64,000 nucleotides of DNA from Phoronis australis (Eukaryota; Animalia; Phoronida), in NCBI GenBank assembly GCA_002633005.1, contig NMRA01000817.1, forward strand, positions 1 to 64,000, in the 5' to 3' direction. The notes beneath the pieces were generated by a model, which did no database searches, was not told where the DNA came from, and worked only from the letters and a program-made list of their open reading frames with translations. The position numbers and the translations under genes are program-made. This document shows, piece after piece, positions 1 through 11,907 of the stretch. Numbering within the stretch: the first letter of the stretch is position 1; every line of letters begins with the position of its first letter.

Positions 1-97
1 TTCCTTACCATGTACCCGACTCAACATGTTCCTTACCATGTACCCGACTCAACATGTTCCTTACCATGTACCCGACTCAACATGTTCCTTACCATGT
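1..97. repeat. 28-bp tandem repeat (TTCCTTACCATGTACCCGACTCAACATG), about 3.5 copies, cut by the window start
   Basis: Identical units at 1-28, 29-56 and 57-84, plus a partial copy from 85; no spacers. Explains the spurious ORF 10..306. Confidence 0.95.
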
Positions 98-576
98 TAA
101 GATTCTGTTTCCGTCACCAACTCAAGTCACAGGCAAAGAATGCGAACATGCACAACTTACGAACTCGCAATTTTAGCCCATTGACCAATCCAAATAAGTT
201 TATCTTTGTATTCTTGCCGGTGATGGAAGAGCAAACCTATCCTGGTGAGACTCCTATCACGGTAAGGCATATTATGGGACCGGTTTTATGGATGCAAAAT
301 GCCTAAATCGACACCCCCCCCCCTTCTTTTTAGCTAAACAATTAGGCAAAATGCAGCTTAATTGTACCAGTGAACAACTGTCCCCTATGGCGTGTGACGT
401 CATGGCACATGATCCCAATCACAGAAATTGACTCGTTGTGTACACTGTTAATTAAATACTTATAACCAATAGTTATGATAATCATTTAGATAAACTACAT
501 ATGTTATTTTCGAACAGTAATGGAGTACTAGCATCACAGCCATATTCTGTGTATATTTAATGAGTGGCGTTTACAG

Positions 577-688
577 GAATTTTTATCCTAGCCCTGAGAT
601 AAACAGACAATATTTGCAGACGTTTTCTGCCCCGGGCGGAACGGAAAAAGAATTGCAAGCGGCTTTGTCAGTCACAAGCGATCTGTGA
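577..688 (+). CDS. Possible terminal exon of a gene lying upstream of the window (…NFYPSPEINRQYLQTFSAPGGTEKELQAALSVTSDL*)
   Basis: tttacAG acceptor at 575-576; open frame to TGA 686-688; protein-like composition. The pyrimidine tract is weak and I recognise no homolog. Confidence 0.25.
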
Positions 689-3600
689 CGGTATATCTTA
701 ACCGCCTTTCCACGTGAAAGGCGAATCCAGGATGCAAGTATTTTGCCTGTGCCCATTAGCACAAGTGTCTGTTGCTCAGACGAAGTTCGAGTTGCGTTCA
801 CAGATTCAGCGACAAAAAGCGATTCAAATATATTCCAAAAGAACAGTTTTGCTAACCTCTCAAAACATCCTGCTCTCCGCTACTTCCGTCAAATAACCGC
901 GAAGATGAGAGAGTGTCTATCAAAATAGTAAACTGACAATGTTTCGGTGTCTTCAATCAATTTCTGTCATTGGAAATACTCAATGCATGCCTGTGCCTCT
1001 GTGCACGGTGTACCATTTCACCTTTTATTACGCTTGGCTTCGTTGAAGACTGCATTGGGTCCAAGGTGAACACATAACAGCAGTCTTGCTGAAAGATTCG
1101 AAGCCACGGAATGCTCTTCCAAAACTATGTATACAGTGAACATAAGACGTTTCGCTTTTAACGTTCACCGCGCATACAATGTACGTTGCTTCTTGGGGTC
1201 TTTACCGCCGATCCGTGCTCTACCCCTTTTTTGTGTTTTTTGTCACTGAAATACATTAAATTTATGAATGCATAGGACCCAAACTTATGGCACACTAGAG
1301 GGGGCGTCACGTTGCCAAGACCTAACGAGGCTGATAGTAAATGATAAAATAAAGTTGGAGAGCTCTATCTAATTAGCTGCATAAACAAACGTGGGCAATT
1401 TGTGGTATGGTTATCTGACGAGCTGTCTGTGAGTGATTAAAGTGTACTCAAACTTAATCAATCGAAAACATTATCAATTTGTATTTAGTCAGAAGATGGG
1501 TCTCGGTTGATTCGGAGAGACGTAGGCCAACATGAGTGATCATCAAGTTTTTTAGCCTCATTAACCGTCGAATTATTGAAAGTTCCAACTGGTTAGCCTA
1601 GTAGGCGGGAGAACGCTAAGAACATGCAAACCGCACGACGTCTTGTTCTGTGTTGTGTAACTCTTACAGTAAGTTAACGTGGATGTTCCGCAGATCCGAT
1701 ACTCTCGCGAAAACGCAAAATCGCCCAAGAGTGCGTGAAATATCACCATGTCGTACAAGCGAATGGCGTGATCAGTCTACCTTTCCTCGCATGATTCTTG
1801 CATCTAAGAGCTTAAAGATGTTATGTCTCATTAAAACTGTGAATAGTTAAATTTGTAGCAAAGGACACCTTGTAACTTCCTGGTGGACTGTGTGTACAGG
1901 TATAATCAGGAAAAGAAACAATGCGATTTGGAAGAAAACTCCACAAGTGATATACTTACAAACAATTGTGAACCTCAGTAATTCCAAATATTACACAATA
2001 TTTATTTGATAGTGAAATGAACAAATAATAGAAACTATGCCTTGTTTCATTAGGGTAACGATGACGTATTGCCATACTCATTTACATAAAAATAGTCTCG
2101 CAAAGCGAGGTTTCGCGAGACTGTAAATGGTAACTAGTTTTTGGATGGTTTCCGGCACACCGGAAGACCCGGGTTTTTTGTAAAATAGTACTTCATTTGC
2201 ATATTCACAATTTAATAAGATATAGCATCTTTAACCCAGGTCAATCGTCACTTGTCAATGTTTTGTCCTTTCGCTCTTCAGTTTTGCGTGAGGAGTAAAG
2301 AAACGCTTTTGCTGACTATACATTTCTTAAAAAATGAACAATCTCCTTCTCCGAACATCGCCCTCCTTGGAGACGCCTTGTGTGTGTCCGAAAGTCAGCC
2401 ATGGTGGGTTCCGTCAATTCAATTTTCAACGTGCAAACCGAAAATTGGATACTTGATCTTTATTCCAAAATTATGTCTGGTGTGCAAAATGCGTCGTGAT
2501 TCACGTCAATCATCCAGTGGTGTAACGTTGCATAAACCTTTGCGTAGGGCCTGGTGCATAGTGCTTGCGCAAGAACTGCGCACATTCTGTGTCTGCTTTT
2601 TTATGCAGCAAGTATGCGAACAATTTTAGGACCCTAGTAAAATGGCTAATTTCGGAACATCGTGTCTCAGAAAGGTCGGCTCGAATTCATACGAAACTTT
2701 GAGATATTACGCTTTATTCACTATTAGGAATTATGTTTAGAATGTTTCGCTTTTGCATGAGGACCTAGGCAATCAAAATATAGGACTTTGATGATTTCAT
2801 GAAAATAATTATAAGCAACGAAAAAGAAATGACAATTGGAACAGCGTTTTTGATAGTTCATCTTGAACACTTATGTCAGAAGAAATTTGGCCATATTTTT
2901 GTTGCTATTATGAATGGATCGTTGTTTTTGCTAAATTTTACGAAAAGACATGGTCACGTGACCCAATTAATTGGAGATTAGTGCAAAGATAAAAATTCAG
3001 TCATTATACTTTTAGAAAATATAAAATTTTACTGAGTTAAAATTTACAGTTTTGATATTTTTAGCTAAATACGCAGACTTGCCGAGAAGGTATCATAAAT
3101 TCTTAAAGCGACTACGTAGCCTCTTCTGTTGATTTAAACCACTTTCACATATAAAATTGATTTCAAATTGTTCCGGCTTACTCACATGTGAAGTGATAGA
3201 TGGCTTTTCAATTCGTTATTCGTTGATATCTCATTTGGTGTTTATTTTGACACGCCGTGACAAGCAAGCCGTATCTCAAGCCGTAACAAAGTGTGGGTTT
3301 TTGAATTCTTGACGAAGCAACAACTGGAGACCAAATTTGTACAGTAACGGCACTTGGTGTAATTAAAATGTTGTCTTTGTGACGGAAGGTATGCTTATAG
3401 CCGCTTGTATTCATTGTTGTGCCGCTCTATCTCGCGAAAGGCCATACTCCGTTGCGCACATGTGTTACCTGGCATACAATAAGTCAGAGTTGACAAAGAG
3501 TAGGACTGCGGTAACACGAGGCGATTCTACGGTTGGTGTAAAACCCTCTTGATGCTCACGCGCGATATTTTGGCATTCCTTGATAACGATCCATTTGTTT

Positions 3601-4945
3601 CTTCCAATTTGGTTAAATCCCGTTTTTGTATTGCTTGGGTTATACTAAACAGTACGGTTATGCGGATAACCTGGTGGGACCTGCAGGAATACGGCCTCGG
3701 TCTCGCCTGCATTTTATTCTTTCAGAAGAGAGTGTTCACAGATGGACGGTGGATAATTGTTTTAATGAGTGCGATGAAACTGTCAGAAATTAACTATATT
3801 GTAGACTCATCTACGTTAGGTGAGACGGTAATGCAATTCCCAGTGAGTTGACGCACTATAAAGCCAGTATTGTCGCGGTTGCACCATATGGCACGTTTTT
3901 TTAACTCCCCTGAGTCGTCAGCTGCCGGTCTACAATGGGTATTATTTGGTCAACAAAGTAAATTGTTGCTACTTCAAAACATATGACCGAAGAAACTTTT
4001 TATCCACATTTGTGTAACGAGCAAGAGTCTATTTTGAGGATATAGTTGAAACATCTCAACTGATAGTCAGTTTTGAATAAAATAATGAAAAGCAGACATT
4101 TAACATGTTAGTCAGTTCTAAGTCCGGCCTACCGGTTTCACGAGCTCGGTAAAACATGTTAGGCTCGAACGCTGAAGGTGTACTCTGAAATCAGAAATTC
4201 TTACATGTACGTCGGGAAAGAAAGCACAGGATTCGCAACTCTCTCCGCGCAGCCAGACCCAGCTCGTAATGTTGAGTTCGCTGGTGCCGAAGTTGGCGAA
4301 TAAGACGGTTATAATTAATATAGAACTGCATTTTTCGCATTACGTGGAACCGAATTATAATCTTTGACTCGGGTACAAAAAATCCCCAAATCGCGATCAT
4401 TGTTAGAGAACACGAGAACATTAGGGTTTGTAGCCGTAACAAAGATAACGACTCAGTCCGATTTATAACATACAAACATGTTCGGTTTAATTTCAGCCAC
4501 TTATTTACCAAAACATAAAACACGACACGCTGCTACACTTTTGTCGTGTTAGAACTAAGATCATGATCGTGAGCAATTATGACTCGTACTGCATCGTGTG
4601 ATGTCTCCTGACAACGTGTTACATGTTGATTTTACATATACTCATTGAAAGTGAAAGTTCGATGGAAATTTAAATCTTGTTCCTTCTCACTCAGATTCGA
4701 TGACGAAAATATAACGAACAAAACCATTGGTCAAAATAATACGGAACGAATTATAAGGCGGCCTGTCATAGCAAGTCAACTTTTTAAACGACCCCGTACC
4801 ACGGCGATACATTGAAACCATGAACTCTTACAACATAAATTGTCCATTTAATACCATCACGTGATCTCACGTTCTTTTTCTAGTAGCCAGAACTATTTCC
4901 CTATTTATGTTTGTCTTATTTTTCTCTATCTTTTATTGTTTTAAA

Positions 4946-5021
4946 GGCGGGCGTGGTTTCCGCGGAAAAATCAGTACCCATAATGCATGAGTCAGCTATC
5001 GATCACTGCAAAGGCCATTTT
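4946..5021. promoter_or_regulatory. Promoter-like motif cluster: GC box, ZNF143/Staf-type site, YY1-type core
   Basis: GGCGGGCGTGG at 4946-4956, TACCCATAATGCA at 4975-4987 and GCCATTTT at 5014-5021 in a locally GC-richer patch. Motif match only; target gene unknown. Confidence 0.35.
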
Positions 5022-7178
5022 AGGTGGCGGTGGTGCATCACCAAAAATGAAAATTAAAAAATCAATTATAGTTAAATTAAAAAAAGATCTGGGCTTAAGT
5101 TTCCACTGAATGCGTTAAAACCCGTTTTATGAAGCGGAGAAACGATCTTTAAGTGCGCATACTTTGAATACCTGATCATTGTATAGTGAACAAATGACGT
5201 AGAGAAAGAGTAGGAACAGTGAAGTGTCTGACAGCGTAATAGATACCACTTAAGCGTATTAACACAATTCTTCCTTCGTGACATGTTCGAGGTACTCTAC
5301 CGAAAGTTCATGACATGGCTACACGAATTCCATGACCAAATAAACGAAGACTCCGGACGAAGCTCATAAAACACTGAGGAACAAAATTAGACAATCCTCT
5401 GTCAGTAGGTATGGAGAAAGCGTTAGTAAAAAGTAAGTGTTTTTAACTTTCGTTCAAGTTATCGACAAATACCAGTTAATGGCTTCACATGAATTCACGA
5501 TTTTCAAAGAGTCTGGTCTTCATTATACCACAAAATTACGATGTTAATGGAATCAATTCGTTATCATTTGTGTCATCGTGTGAATTAATCGGACGTTTAG
5601 TCATTAGATACAAGAAATCATGAGCAGGAATAATAACTAGATCAATTCTTTGATTTCTTTGAGATGCAGCTTTCATTCGCAGTTTTACGTTTGTTACACG
5701 AGGAACTTAATTTTGCTCGGAAATTTTGCTAAAGAAAGCCGCTACAGTAACTATCGTTTGCAAAGGCGACTTTCCTTTTACACCAATTTTGCTTATGTTA
5801 CTATCAAAAGATGTTCATAAAATAGAACATAAGTAAATCGCTTTTCAAAGCCCCAGCGTACTCGATCTTGACGTACGATTTGGAAAATGTTGGCAATTAT
5901 GAAGATCTCCGTTAGGTCATCAAACGCGGATTAACAGTTGTAACAATCAGTGAGCATGAAAGTAAAACGCGACTGGCAATTGTTATCGGCACTGCTAATG
6001 CTTGACTCTTGAAACTATTGTTTAAGATGTACATTTTGTGCTCTGCGAGATATCTTGCTGTATCATCGTGTGTCACGTCGATCGTTGATGGTAAATTGAT
6101 GTAAGTGCCATTATGCAAATACAATAAAAATGTTTTATCCAGCTAATAGTCTACTCCAAGTGTCTCGCTTTCACTCGTAAGATTCTTTAGCCGTGGAATT
6201 CCATGTCTCCCTGACGTTGTTACGGATATGATACACTTTCAATTCATTTTCATACAAACCTCAATAATTATTTCAAGTCATAATTTTTACTCGCTCTCGG
6301 TTCAGATACATAAAAACGAGCGAGTCTCTTGCTGCAGCATCCGACACCAGACCGAGAATTTCTGGCTCGTGCCTCATCACCGCACTGAAACTGAANTATG
6401 AATTAACTTTTGAAATTGTGACTGATTTGCAGTTATATTGAATAAAGTTTTTATTTCATGTTTCGTCTTTTTTTTACTTTTCCTTGTAGTAGAGTCCATG
6501 CATTTGATTAGATAGAGGGCATCTAATAAAAATTCTCTCCAAGCATCACCAAACCTTCGCACGTTACTGAGGGGCCAAATTCGTACAAGATAAACAGTTG
6601 TGCCAGTGATAAGAAGCCGGTACCGGTTTGGCAAACGAGTAGATGTCCTGGATGTCCATAGTGTCACAGTGATCCTACCTGTAGCTGGTCCACCAACCCT
6701 ACATTAGTGTACGCCACTATCGTCCTCAGGCGATGTATTACCTGCTCCACTTAGTGACTGGTGTAGTAGTATCAAGTTCAGTTGCCTGTGCAATACAGTT
6801 CCGGTTAGTTTGAAGAAGATCAAATATTAACGGCGGGGTACAAACATATTGAACTTCTACAAACTGGCTTCTTGTGCAACCATTATTTTTATTCAGGCTC
6901 CCATCGACATCAATTTTCATTCCTTTGGTGACGTCACAATAAATCAGGCTTGCACTTTGCTCAGTCCCACCATCTATGGTCCCACAATTTCGCGTCACCT
7001 CCCTTCGTCGCCAACTGTGTTGCTGTGCAGTGTGAATGGGTCATCACCGAAATTAGCAGCACAACACCGTAAATTTTGCTGCTGTAAATTATTGGGAGGG
7101 ACACGGTAAGCAGGCACTCCACTCCTATATGACATAGCATATGGAAGTAGATGATTATACGTCCTTTTCATTTTCCAG

Positions 7179-7311
7179 CCTGTGTGGACAGTCGCTGCAA
7201 TAACATCCAGGTGAACTTGTTGGAATGCACGAGCGGCGTTCAGTCCAAGTATGATCAGCTTCTTCCGCGTGTGCAGAGAGGCAACTACACAGGCGTTCCG
7301 CAGTTATGTAG
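7179..7311 (+). CDS. Neuritin-like gene, internal exon (133 nt, phase 1 to 2)
   Basis: ttttcattttccAG acceptor at 7177-7178; GTGAGT donor at 7312; stop-free frame. Confidence 0.75.
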
Positions 7312-9002
7312 GTGAGTTGACTGCGCATACAAGAGGTCTCGGCTTTATTTAGACAAACCCGACTGGACAGCGGATGTGGTACCGCACTGTGATCGTCTGT
7401 GTCGACGTGGCGTACCAATATTACATTTTAGATTTGTAATTTACGGTACAATCATTACCTTAAATGCTTATTTTGCGCTCATCCGATGTCAAAAATAGTT
7501 GAAAATTACTATTTAATAAATGTCCAGCTCATTATAACTATTGTTTAACTTTAATTAAATGATGTAGCTCAAATCTAGGGGTGTCGACGTGGCGTACCAA
7601 TATTACATTTTAGATTTGTAATTTATGGTACAATCATTACCTTAAATGCTTATTTTGCGCTCATCCGATGTCAAAAATAGTTGAAAATTACTATTTAATA
7701 AATGTCCAGCTCATTATAACTATTGTTTAACTTTAATTAAATGATGTAGCTCAAATCTAGGGGTCATCAAGTCCGAACTTGTATTAAATGTCATAAGCCA
7801 TAAATACACTGGAGAAGAGACAAACAGACCCTTCTGTTGAGTTTGCGCAATAGTTGAAGGAAAATGTACAAAAATAACTTCGAGTTTGGTTTCGCGTACA
7901 AGGAGTAGTCCCCGGGACGGACGTTTCAGTTCTAGCCAAAGCAGGCCTGAAACTGAAAGTGAAGAGCAAGCTGTAACTCATGCTTCATAATTATGTTAAT
8001 TGGAGTAAAGGTGAGTGTTCCAAGTCAACAGATAAATACCCCGGATTAGAGGCGGCTTTAGAGGCGGGCGCTTAAAACAACTGGCCTGGTGCGTTAGGCC
8101 TATAGCCGAACAACTAATTCATGTAGTGATGTTGATTTGGACGGTATCGAGAAAATACTGATGCAAATCGTGTTATTACGCCCTCGGGATGTCTTCTGTA
8201 ATCAAAGTGTGTTTCCTTATTATTTTATTTGAACAGGATGCAAGAAACGATGAACACGTGCCTCCACGATGAGCTTCAAGACTGTGGAATTCTGGGTAGA
8301 CAGTATTTATTCAGCCTTCGACGGAGAATGAAAGATGTCCGTAAATTGTGCAAAGACGTAAGGACCTCTATGTTATTTAAGCAATCAGTCATGTTCTTTA
8401 TCTGTGAAAAATAGATGAAGTACTTTTCACAGAAACTTCATATTTAAACTTTACTCAAAGTACACATAAGAGGAATTAATGTATGTTATTCTTGTACTGT
8501 GCCCGCAGTGGACACAGCTTCTTTATCGAAGTCGGTGTTATTAAAGATGTGTTGTGTACCTGGACCGACACCCCACAGAATGCACTGAAACAAAATTGGT
8601 CCAATACACATTTTGCATCCCTCACAACTTAGGGCCACGGTATACTAGCACCACCTATGGGTGACATGGGTCTTTGAAGTAGGCCTATCCGTGATTAAAG
8701 GTGTCTGGAGCTTGTGTGAGCAGAGGTGTAAAGCTACGTTTGTGTATTTGCAGTACAAGAAGATGCGGAAGCGAATGCGAAATCGTTCGACGAAAAGACC
8801 AACTAACTATGATAACGACTACCAGAATGACGCAACAGTGCAGTTTGTTGTTGTGCAAAAGACTACGTCACGCACTGTCGTGAAAAATGTCGCACCAACG
8901 GAAGCCAGCAGAAGTCGGGCTGAACGAAATTTAAGGACTAGACCAGTTGCGAGTGTCCTTATGACCAGCCTAACTCTCATTGCCCTGGTATCGCAGTTAT
9001 AG
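7179..9002 (+). CDS. Cys-rich, probably GPI-anchored cell-surface protein, neuritin/CPG15-like; join(7179..7311,8237..8357,8754..9002), 5' exon not resolved
   Basis: Three exons with canonical AG/GT ends and matching phases give CVDSRCNNIQVNLLECTSGVQSKYDQLLPRVQRGNYTGVPQLC-R-MQETMNTCLHDELQDCGILGRQYLFSLRRRMKDVRKLCKD-YKKMRKRMRNRS…PVASVLMTSLTLIALVSQL*. Six-Cys domain, Thr/Val-rich stalk, hydrophobic C-terminus with no cytoplasmic tail. Confidence 0.75.
7399..7764. repeat. Near-perfect direct tandem duplication of 182 bp in an intron
   Basis: Copies start at 7399 and 7581 (GTGTCGACGTGGCGTACC…CTCAAATCTAGGG); I saw only one difference (ttaCggtac vs ttaTggtac). Confidence 0.95.
8237..8357 (+). CDS. 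Neuritin-like gene, internal exon (121 nt, phase 2 to 0)
   Basis: ttttatttgaacAG acceptor at 8235-8236; GTAAGG donor at 8358; lies inside ORF 8229..8414. Confidence 0.75.
8754..9002 (+). CDS. Neuritin-like gene, terminal exon (basic cluster, stalk, GPI-signal-like tail)
   Basis: gtatttgcAG acceptor at 8752-8753; phase 0; TAG at 9000-9002; lies inside ORF 8661..9002. Confidence 0.75.
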   Translation, partial: YKKMRKRMRNRSTKRPTNYDNDYQNDATVQFVVVQKTTSRTVVKNVAPTEASRSRAERNLRTRPVASVLMTSLTLIALVSQL

Positions 9003-11722
9003 TGCGAAAAGTGAAACGGAATTGCATTTATCGCGATGTCAACCTTGGGAACAGGAATTCTGAAGACTCCTACAAGTGTTAGATGTCCGTGGCTGGTGTG
9101 AAGTCTCCGAGGTGTCTAGATATTCGTGGCTTGTATGAAATTCATTGCCTCCTATGGCTCTAAGGGCAACAATGCTCATTTGTCATAACTCATTGCGTTT
9201 CCATCTGACTGTGAGGTGAAATGTCGAGGTATGGGGAGGCCGCGGAGTCGCTCTACGGCAGTTTTAAGTCCCATCTAGTGCTATTTTTAAGACTTAAAAG
9301 TCTTAGAAATCACAAACCTTGGATGGGGATATATTAAGTTAGCGACATTGAATGTTCCGGAATGAACTCGGTCCATTGTCGTTTCACTTTGTAAAATTAG
9401 GATGCTAACTTGCATTAAAAACAACTAAGCAAAGGGTTCCACCAAAACATGAACCAAATACATCGTGTTTTTCAAAGATGGCGCAGCATGCAGCTTTAAT
9501 GCAGTGAGATTCGCAAGCATATTGTAAGTTTCTTGGGAGTGCATCATGTCCAAAGATTAACGCAAAATTGTTCAATGGCTCGCCAGCAAATATCCGGCTT
9601 CGGAACGTCTTGCTCACCAGAATATATTGGGACGAGTTGAATACGCCATTGGACTCGCACAACACAACACAATTTTATGTTGAACGATCCCTGAGACAGT
9701 CGATGGAACAGTGAGAATCACCTTCCAGGTTAAATACAGCGGCATGACCACGTCCCAAGACAAAACGACACAGACTGGACATAGTCGCAGGATAAGGCGA
9801 CACAAAATTTGTAGCGTGAAGAAAGTTCCAGGAAGGAAAATAGTGGCAAGACAAGTCAAAGTTGCACAGCAAGCGTCAGATGTGACATTCCTGAAAGAAG
9901 AAGCCTCACAGACGGGATATAATCGAACGTCAGATGATTGATTAATTAAAAGTAATAGTGCAATACAATGCAATGCAACAAATACAAAACTGATAGAAAC
10001 TGACAGGCATAAAACTACACTCGGGTTGACAAAACTTGAAAGTAATTAAAGAAATCTATTACTATAAACGCCAGTCGATGCACGGATGACACGAAAAGGT
10101 GCTTATTTTTCCCTCAGACGGACGTACGTGTAATCACAATACAAAGCCACCGTGACGAAGTCAGAATGAAGCGACACCGATTGTTGCAAAGCAAAGCGTC
10201 GCTGAGCGGAGTTGTCACAAACTAAAAAGAATCGCACGTTGAAGCCTAGCCTGTATAGTTGCAATGAAAGCGTCACTGAGTGAATATATGTCACAAAACA
10301 GTAAACTTCTTTTTCATGTTTCCTGAAACATCCTCAGAACTTCATTGGTGAGAACATAAACTTGTGAGAATTTTTAGCCGGTTTTGACGTCGGTCATCGG
10401 TTACCTACGGCACATCAGTCGACTTGAAGGACGATGTCATGTCGACTTCAATAGCATTGCATGGTCTCTCCAGTGATCGCAGTGTTGTTGGTTTGATTCT
10501 TTGTGAAACGTCTTGCGCTTGTGTAAATCGTCTGAGGGCAAATGTGGCCTATTTTATAATTACACGGTTTTGTGCACGGAGTTATGTTGCAGTCGCTGCT
10601 CTTTCGAGTTGAATGGGTGTGCAGCATTTATATGTAAAAAACGGAAGTGTGACGTCACTTCAGAAAAGTGTGTGCGTGTGTGTCTATGGTTGTTTGGATG
10701 TTGAAACAGTTTTACTGAGAAAAGTTAAGAGCAAATGTGACCATTCACTGTGTATTAGTTTTTGTATGAAATGGTTAAGCATGTCATAGTTATAGCTGTA
10801 CAAATTTGCAAGTGTTGTTGAATATGCCTGTGCGAATGTCTAGAGTGCAGTGACAGTATAACGTTGATGAATGTGTGTATGTTCATTGATCCATGCTTTA
10901 TCATACAAGATGAAGCTCTGAGTGAGGATGATCAAGACAGGCACAAACAAACCTTCAGTTGGGAAGGAGACAAAAAGTGGTGAGAAAAGACGAGAATTTG
11001 GGAAGGGGCGATGTTGTGATTTGCAGAACGGAGGGGGGGTCATTCTTTTCATTTTACAATCACAGATCTTATTGTCATGTTGCATGTTAACCATTAACAT
11101 TTAAGTCTCTGTGCCGTACGTTATAATTAAAGATCTACGCCCCTCCACAATTAGAATTGGAAAATCAAATTAGTCGAAAAAAGAGTCGGTATCCCCCAAA
11201 ACATATATTTCCACTCAAATTCGACACTTGGGTACGCTGTAGGCCCAATTCAAAAGCTTATATTCAGTGCACATTATAACAACGGGCTAATGATTCAAAC
11301 AATATGACGCCTTCTCATTCTTCTTCCGTCCTTCGATCGCTTGGTCTGTCCTTTTCGTCAGCATTCCAAGCTACACATTGGAAAATAAAAATCTATGCTT
11401 TCATATTTCCTGTCATTTCTCCTCGGCGTCTGCAACCACTGCTGCCGAGTAGTGACCACCAGAGAAGTCACGAGTTGTTTGAAGACAAAAGACTACGACT
11501 CTTCGAGTAACAGTCTGCTAGTGTTTTGGAGTTTTGTCTTATGTCTAATTCGTCTGAAAATTAGTCTAGTTATATCATAAACGCTAATGGTGGCCTGTGT
11601 GATGAATGGAAAGGAAATAACTTGGAGGAAGCTCTGCTAATCTCTGGCAAACGATTACATGGTAGGTTCACAAAGCTGGCTGAAAATACATGTACGTGCC
11701 ATGCTAATTAATTTGATCCAGT

Positions 11723-11907
11723 TCATTTCTTTAGAACTTGTAGCACATAAACGAAGCCAGGCCAACCGACCTTGAAGTCCGGATAATTGGTGCAGGAATG
11801 TAATTTAAACTTTCCCTCCTGCTCGTACTCCTCAATGGCTGCCTCCAGGAGGCGCACCCACTTCATGACACTTTCGTGAGCGTTCATACCAATCACGATG
11901 TAGCCAT
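11723..11907 (-). CDS. METTL27: METTL27-like last exon (GYIVIGMNAH…PGFVYVLQVLKK*)
   Basis: ttctctttctAG acceptor; TGA at 11725-11723; 185 nt. Confidence 0.9.

Noticed and set aside
1-306. CRISPR-like 28-bp repeat and the 98-aa ORF 10..306
   Set aside because: No spacers; the ORF start is produced by the tandem repeat and has no recognisable domain.
6897-7105. AG/GT-bounded open segment as a coding exon of the neuritin-like gene
   Set aside because: Its only fully open frame ends in phase 2, which puts the next exon into a frame with an early TAA; it may be a UTR exon or chance.
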